NCBI GenBank assembly: GCA_031409275.1 | Contig: JANNXA010000055.1 | Location: 32,001-96,000 of the forward strand | Reading direction: 5' to 3' | DNA: 64,000 bases | Source of the DNA: Planctomycetota bacterium | GTDB lineage: Bacteria; Planctomycetota; B15-G4; SIAN01 | Part shown: piece by piece, positions 58,894-64,000 of the stretch | Numbering within the stretch: position 1 is the first letter of the stretch | How the letters are laid out: each line of letters starts with the position of its first letter | Translations under genes and position numbers: made by a program | The notes under the pieces: generated by a model | Database searches by the model: none | Told to the model about the DNA's origin: nothing | What the model saw: the letters and a program-made list of their open reading frames with translations, nothing else

Positions 58894-60576
58894 ATGGCCA
58901 TTCGTCGCGCCGGAATCGTCAGCGTGGTCGTGGTTCTCGTCGCCGGGGTCGCCAGCGCTCAGTCGACGATGCGGGTCAGCGTCTCGTCAGCGGGCACGGA
59001 CGCCAACGCCAGTTCGCGCCGGCCCGCCTTGTCGGGCGACGGTCACTTCGTCGCGTTCGAGAGCACGGCGTCGGACGTCGTTGCTGGCGACGCGAACGGC
59101 GCTTACGACGTTTTCCTGCGCAATCTTGGGGCGGGCACGACCGTGCGTGCCAGCATCGCCACCGACGGATCTGAAGCCAACGGAGACAGCTACGTGTACC
59201 GGCAGGGCATCTCCGCCGACGGGCGCCTTGTCGCGTTCGAGAGCGTCGCGTCCGACCTCGTCCCCGGCGACGCGAATGGCGTCTCGGATATCTTCGTCCA
59301 CGACACCGTGACCGGCCAGACCGAGCGCGTCAGCGTTTCTTCAGGCGGAGTCGAGGGGAACGGCGTCAGCGCGCTTGCGTCGATCTCGGCCGACGGTCGT
59401 TTCGTCGTTTTTACGAGCGCGGCGAACAACCTCGTCGCCAATGACACCAGCGTCTTCAACGATGTCTACGTCCACGATCGCACGACCGGGGTCACGACTC
59501 GAGTGAGCGTCGACTCATCTGGAGTCGAGGGAAACGCTTGGAGCGTAATCCCTTCGATCTCTGGCGACGGTCGCTACGTCGCCTTCTACGGTGATGCGTC
59601 GAACCTCGTTCCCAACGACAGCAATCAAACCTTCGACGCCTTCATCCATGACTGCTCGACCGGATCGACGATTCGGATCAGCGTCGACTCGAACGGAAAT
59701 GAGGCCAACTCGTACAGCCATAGCCCGGCGATCTCGACCGATGGCGCGTTCGTCGCGTTTTGCAGCGTGGCGACGAATCTCGTCGCTGGCGACAGCAATG
59801 GGGTTCAGGACAGCTTCCTGCGTGATCTCGTCCTCGGTACGACCACGATCGTCTCGCGCGGGTTCGATGGCAGCCCGGCAGACGGCGCGAGCTACCCGCC
59901 CGGGATCTCGGACGATGGCCGTTACGTCAGCTTCACGAGCAGCGCGACCAACCTCGTGCCGGGCGACACAAACGGTGTCGACGACACCTTCGTCTTTGAC
60001 CGCGTCGCCGGCACGACGACGTGCGTGAGCGTGCACTCCGACGGCACCGAGGCCAACGACAACAGCATCGCCTATTCGTCGAGCATCTCGGGCGACGGTC
60101 AACTCGTAGCGTTCGCGAGCTTGGCGACGAACCTCGTCGACGACGATGCCGACGGCTTTGAGGATGTCTTCGTCCACGATTCGTCTTGTGGCGTGGACGC
60201 CTCCTGGTCCAACTACGGCAGTGGCTTCCCCGGCAAGAACGGCGTCCCGAGCCTGACCGCGCAGAACGACCCCGTCCTCGGGACAACGCTCTACGTTGAC
60301 CTGGGATCGTCGGCGACGGCTTGGACCATCGCCGCAATCCTCGTCGGCGATCACGAGGCTTCGATCCCGATGCGGAAGGGTGGCGACCTGCTCGTGGTCC
60401 CGCTGATCGTGAGCATCATCGCGTTGCCCTCGTGGGGGACGACGCTCGACGAGGACATCGACGACGACCCACTCCTCTGCGGGCTGGAGTTCTTCGCGCA
60501 GACCTTGATCGTCGATCCCGGCGCGGCGAAGGGGCAGTCGGCGAGCGCGGGGTTGAAGCTGGTGCTGGGGTACTGA
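58894..60576 (+). CDS. Secreted TolB/PD40-like beta-propeller repeat protein
   Basis: Signal peptide; ~7 ISADGRFVAF.S.A.NLV.GD.NG..D.F repeats; distinct C-terminal domain. Confidence 0.85.
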   Translation: MAIRRAGIVSVVVVLVAGVASAQSTMRVSVSSAGTDANASSRRPALSGDGHFVAFESTASDVVAGDANGAYDVFLRNLGAGTTVRASIATDGSEANGDSYVYRQGISADGRLVAFESVASDLVPGDANGVSDIFVHDTVTGQTERVSVSSGGVEGNGVSALASISADGRFVVFTSAANNLVANDTSVFNDVYVHDRTTGVTTRVSVDSSGVEGNAWSVIPSISGDGRYVAFYGDASNLVPNDSNQTFDAFIHDCSTGSTIRISVDSNGNEANSYSHSPAISTDGAFVAFCSVATNLVAGDSNGVQDSFLRDLVLGTTTIVSRGFDGSPADGASYPPGISDDGRYVSFTSSATNLVPGDTNGVDDTFVFDRVAGTTTCVSVHSDGTEANDNSIAYSSSISGDGQLVAFASLATNLVDDDADGFEDVFVHDSSCGVDASWSNYGSGFPGKNGVPSLTAQNDPVLGTTLYVDLGSSATAWTIAAILVGDHEASIPMRKGGDLLVVPLIVSIIALPSWGTTLDEDIDDDPLLCGLEFFAQTLIVDPGAAKGQSASAGLKLVLGY

Positions 60577-60803
60577 CGGAACCGATTGGAGGTGCCCGGT
60601 CGCCGGTCGAGTGATCAGCGGCCGGCGCGTGTCCGATTCACCGCCGTTCTCCCGCCCAGCAGCGCCCGCGCGGCCGCCAGTACGGCCCCGTCACCTCGTT
60701 GCGCCCGATGAATGCCGCGTGAGCGTCCATCTCTGCCGCACGACCGCATCGCAGGTAGAAGACTCCGCCAGCCGCGACCCACCTCCCTCAAGAGGACCGC
60801 ATC

Positions 60804-61175
60804 GTGCCCGACGCCCCCGCCCCCAACGAGCGTTCCGAGGTCGTCGACCAGCACGTGCCCGAGCTGGTTGCACGCGCCATCGCGACCGCGCGCGAGCGTC
60901 CAGACCTGCGCGTGGTGGCACTGGTCGCCGAAGCCGATGCCCCCGAAGCGCCGTCGCTCCGAGCGCTTCCGTCTGAGGTCCTACGCGGCGCTGACGGGAG
61001 CGTCGCGCTGATCATGACCCGCGACTCGGCGAAGGACCTGCTCGTCGCGGCGAACCCGTGGCTGCTGGAGTTCTTGGAGGACGAGGGATACGGACCGCGC
61101 CGAGGACTACCGCTCATCCACGCGGCGCGACGAGGGATGCGGACGTCGGTGATTGAATACGACATGCCGGACTGA
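60804..61175 (+). CDS. Hypothetical protein
   Basis: AGAGGA RBS before GTG; plausible composition. Confidence 0.5.
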   Translation: MPDAPAPNERSEVVDQHVPELVARAIATARERPDLRVVALVAEADAPEAPSLRALPSEVLRGADGSVALIMTRDSAKDLLVAANPWLLEFLEDEGYGPRRGLPLIHAARRGMRTSVIEYDMPD

Positions 61176-61211
61176 CGACGGCGAACGCTCGGCTCCAATT
61201 AGGATTTCGGT

Positions 61212-61580
61212 ATGACCCCATCCAACGCGCGGTCGTTCCTCCTTGCAATGCTCGTGGCCCGACGAGCAAAGGGCGTGGATCTCTCCCACTGGGAGTTCTC
61301 CCTCCTGGATGAAGCTCGCCTCTTCGATTTCATCCACCCGAGCGTCAACACGCGCGGTGGGTCGTTCACGTTGTTCAACCTGCCGGTCAAGTGGGACGCG
61401 GCCCGCAGCGCGCTGGCAGGCGATGAGGGAGTGCGGTTCCCCTTCGAACTGGCGCCTTGTTTCGAGATCCCCGAGGGCGCAAACGCCGAGCTTCGTGTTC
61501 GATTTCTGCGCACCGGCGCGAGTCCGGAGGCGGCGGCCAAGGCAGCAGAGATCTCGGTGAGAGGTGAGCAGGTGAGGTAG
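61212..61580 (+). CDS. Hypothetical protein
   Basis: AGGA RBS; plausible composition. Confidence 0.5.
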   Translation: MTPSNARSFLLAMLVARRAKGVDLSHWEFSLLDEARLFDFIHPSVNTRGGSFTLFNLPVKWDAARSALAGDEGVRFPFELAPCFEIPEGANAELRVRFLRTGASPEAAAKAAEISVRGEQVR

Positions 61581-61701
61581 ATAAACGGAGAGCCACACGG
61601 CAGCGACAACGTCGTATGAGTGAATCGACGTTCGACACGCCGACGTGCCGCTTGATCAACCTCTCATGCGAGCGTGGGCAGCGTGGAGGCACCTGCCAGG
61701 A

Positions 61702-62136
61702 TCATTGGTCGACATGCTTCGCCTTCGTCGCCACCTTCCCGCCGAGCAGCGCCCACGCCGCCACCAGCGCCGACTTGACGGCGTCCCGCCGCTCGACGCC
61801 CGTCCGCAGTAGCTCCTGCACGACGTGCTGAGCGTGCGCCCGGACGCGCTTCGAGGGCCGCCCGAGCCCGTGGACCGCGCACGCCGCGATTCCCTGCTCG
61901 ACGCCGACGTTGAAGTACGCCGCTTCCCGCTTGGCTCGCAGCTCGTCGGCGGCGCTCTCGAAGTCGAACCAGAGCTTCCTCTTCCTCGGCCCGAGCGCCT
62001 TCACGATCGCGTGCGACTTGGTCGCGACGATCCGCTGCAGGTCCCGCCGCCCGACCCGCTGGCGCACGGTCTGGTCGACCGGGTGCTCGTAGCTCGGGTC
62101 CTTCTCGAGCGCGCGGTAGGTGACGCGGGGCTTCAT
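61702..62136 (-). CDS. Hypothetical protein at the element end
   Basis: Full-length paralog of 21226-21483. Confidence 0.7.
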   Translation of the reverse strand: MKPRVTYRALEKDPSYEHPVDQTVRQRVGRRDLQRIVATKSHAIVKALGPRKRKLWFDFESAADELRAKREAAYFNVGVEQGIAACAVHGLGRPSKRVRAHAQHVVQELLRTGVERRDAVKSALVAAWALLGGKVATKAKHVDQ

Positions 62137-62321
62137 CGTGAGGCTCCCGTCGGCGGCGCGGCGAACGCGGCCCCGGCGAGGAACGCCTCGACGAAGAGGT
62201 CGACCGCCTCGACGCCGATGAACGTCGACTCCGGCGACACTCGGTCGTGGGCGCGCTCCTCCGCCTCGGCCTCGGCCCACAGCCCGGCCTCGGCGGTGGC
62301 TTCCTCTGATCCGGCGCTCAT
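62133..62321 (-). CDS. Small hypothetical protein
   Basis: GGAGG RBS; paralog of 21480-21683. Confidence 0.65.
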   Translation of the reverse strand: MSAGSEEATAEAGLWAEAEAEERAHDRVSPESTFIGVEAVDLFVEAFLAGAAFAAPPTGASR

Positions 62322-62795
62322 CGTCGTCCTCCCCGCGCGCCCATTCGCGCGTGGACGACATGCACGCTTCGGCGGAGGGGCATTGCAAGCGCCACGACCC
62401 GGCGACGACCGGGTCCGCTCTCCATCCTGTCAACCAGCGTGCAGGAGAATCGAGTCGAACAAGATCGAAGAAAGCCGATGCGGATGAGGGGGCGCTGTCA
62501 ACCACCTCGCCGAAGTTCGCATTTGCGTATCGATCGATCGGCTTCCGGCTCTCCGTTTTCTGTCAACCACGGTCCCGCTCTCCCCTTCGAACGGAGAGTT
62601 CGAGAGCAAGTCGGCGATCCGATTCGCATCACGAGATTGGGGGTGCGTTCGATCCGACGCGAATGGAGAGCACCGCGTCCGTTTCCGGACGCCGCATCCC
62701 GGGGACACGTCGCGACTTGCGACGCCTCGCGAGCACTCGACGAGCGCCTCGCGTCAACCGCTTCGGCGGGGAGCGGGCCGGCCGGAGCGCGCCAT

Positions 62796-62870
62796 TGGCT
62801 CCCCGAGTAGGATTCGAACCTACAACCCTCCGGTTAACAGCCGGATGCTCTACCGTTGAGCTATCAGGGA
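62796..62870 (-). tRNA. tRNA-Asn (GTT)
   Basis: TCCCTGATAGCTCAACGGTAGAGC..CTGTTAA..GGTTCGAATCC..GGGGAGCCA cloverleaf with encoded CCA. Confidence 0.97.
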
Positions 62871-63098
62871 GCAGCGAGAGCGTGCCCTGCGGATCGGTCC
62901 GACCGACGGGGGCATCCCCGCGAGCGAGCCTCTCCGCTGAACGAGCGGGGCATGCTAGGCCCTCTCGGCTCGAAATCAACGCCAGCTTGAGCGCGCCCGT
63001 GGCCGCGCGACGGCCGCAGGTCGGCGGCGCTCCTCGACCTCGCGTCTCGGCCGTTGACGGCCGAGGGCCGGCGAGTGGCGACGACGCCGCCGGCCCCG

Positions 63099-64000
63099 TT
63101 ACGACGCGATCGGTGGCGCCTCGGCGATCCCGGGTCGCGATTCGAGTCCGGCCACGTTGCCATGGCCGTTGACGCCGGCGCTGCCGGTGAGGCGCGGCAC
63201 GCTCGCCGGATCCACGGGACCGAGAAGACCGGTGAAGATTCGATCCAGGGTCTCGACGAGCTCGGCGCGCGGGACGATGCGGTCGAGCTGCCCGTGCTGG
63301 AGCAGGAACTCGGAACGCTGGAAGTCCTTCGGGAGCTTCTGCTTGATCGTTTGCTCGATGACGCGCGGGCCGGCGAATCCGATCAGCGCGCGCGGCTCGG
63401 CTAGGACGAGATCGGCCACCGTCGCGAAGCTCGCCGTGACGCCTCCGGTGGTCGGGTCGGCGAGCAGCGCCAGGTAGAGCCCCCCCGCCTCCGTCAGGCG
63501 CGCCAGCGCGGCGCACGCCTTCGCCATCTGCATCAGCGACAGCGCTCCCTCGTGCATGCGCGCGCCGCCCGAGGCGCACACCAGCAGCAACGGGATCTTC
63601 TTCTCGAGGGCGAGCTCCGCCGCCAGCAGGACCTTGTGGCCGACGACCACGCCCATCGAGCCGCCGAGGAAGTCGAACTCCATCGCGCCGAAGGCCACCT
63701 CGCGACCGCGCAGCCGTCCGGTGCCGATCACCATCGCGTCCTTGCGCCCGGTCTTCTTCTGCTCGTCGGCAAGCTTCTTCGGGTAGGCGACGCCCTTTGC
63801 CGAGAACCCGAGCGCGTCGATGGCCTCGAGGTCCGCGGCGAACTCGACGAAGCTCTCCGCATCGAGGATCGACGCGACGCGCTCCGCGGCACTCATCCGG
63901 AAGTGATGGCCGCACTTCTTGCAGACCTTGAACGCCTCGTCTAGCTCCTTCTGGAAGAGCATCTCTTCGCAGACGTCGCACTTCGTCCAGAGCCCTTCCG
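63099..64000 (-). CDS. accD: Acetyl-CoA carboxylase carboxyltransferase beta subunit (5' end outside the window)
   Basis: LWTKCDVC..CKKC Zn finger, GGSMG, SGGARMHEG, PTTGGVTASFA, IGFAGPRVIEQT. Confidence 0.95.
   Translation of the reverse strand, partial: EGLWTKCDVCEEMLFQKELDEAFKVCKKCGHHFRMSAAERVASILDAESFVEFAADLEAIDALGFSAKGVAYPKKLADEQKKTGRKDAMVIGTGRLRGREVAFGAMEFDFLGGSMGVVVGHKVLLAAELALEKKIPLLLVCASGGARMHEGALSLMQMAKACAALARLTEAGGLYLALLADPTTGGVTASFATVADLVLAEPRALIGFAGPRVIEQTIKQKLPKDFQRSEFLLQHGQLDRIVPRAELVETLDRIFTGLLGPVDPASVPRLTGSAGVNGHGNVAGLESRPGIAEAPPIAS

Larger units (their letters stand above)
22082..62804. mobile_element. Element B: ~40.7 kb unit between TTGGCTCCCC direct repeats at tRNA-Asn, with DISARM cargo
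   Basis: TTGGCTCCCC at 22082-22091 and 62795-62804, each preceded by GGAGCGCG; contains recombinase, primase, terminase. Left boundary rests on a short repeat only. Confidence 0.55.

Noticed and set aside
57606..59174. Possible integron integrase next to the attI-like site
   Set aside because: The 522-aa ORF lacks tyrosine recombinase motifs and overlaps better-supported genes

Overview
GC-rich bacterial window, probably Planctomycetota (inferred from a DUF1580-like HTH gene and the style of the T2SS and beta-propeller genes). Almost all of it is accessory DNA ending at the 3' end of tRNA-Asn(GTT) (62796-62870, minus strand), next to housekeeping accD. It holds two diverged copies of one integrative element in tandem (core A ~8.0-22.1 kb; core B ~40.6-62.8 kb). 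The shared gene order is ParB-fused DNA methylase, Nu1-like small terminase, gpA-like large terminase, an inverted lambda/N15-like cos site, regulator, HTH, a replication module that differs between copies, DUF2924, large serine recombinase, small conserved ORFs and a conserved hairpin RNA candidate. I found no portal, capsid, tail or lysis genes. A short copy of the tRNA 3' end at 22082-22091 suggests element B is a ~40.7 kb unit. That unit carries a complete class I DISARM operon extended by DUF262, HEPN, Vsr and a C5 methylase, plus an integrase-less integron cassette array. Left of element A lies the distal part of a T2SS/pseudopilin operon. The best candidate for an undescribed system is this capsid-less, terminase+cos, serine-recombinase element family carrying defence cargo. 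All family assignments come from motif recognition by eye; no searches were run.
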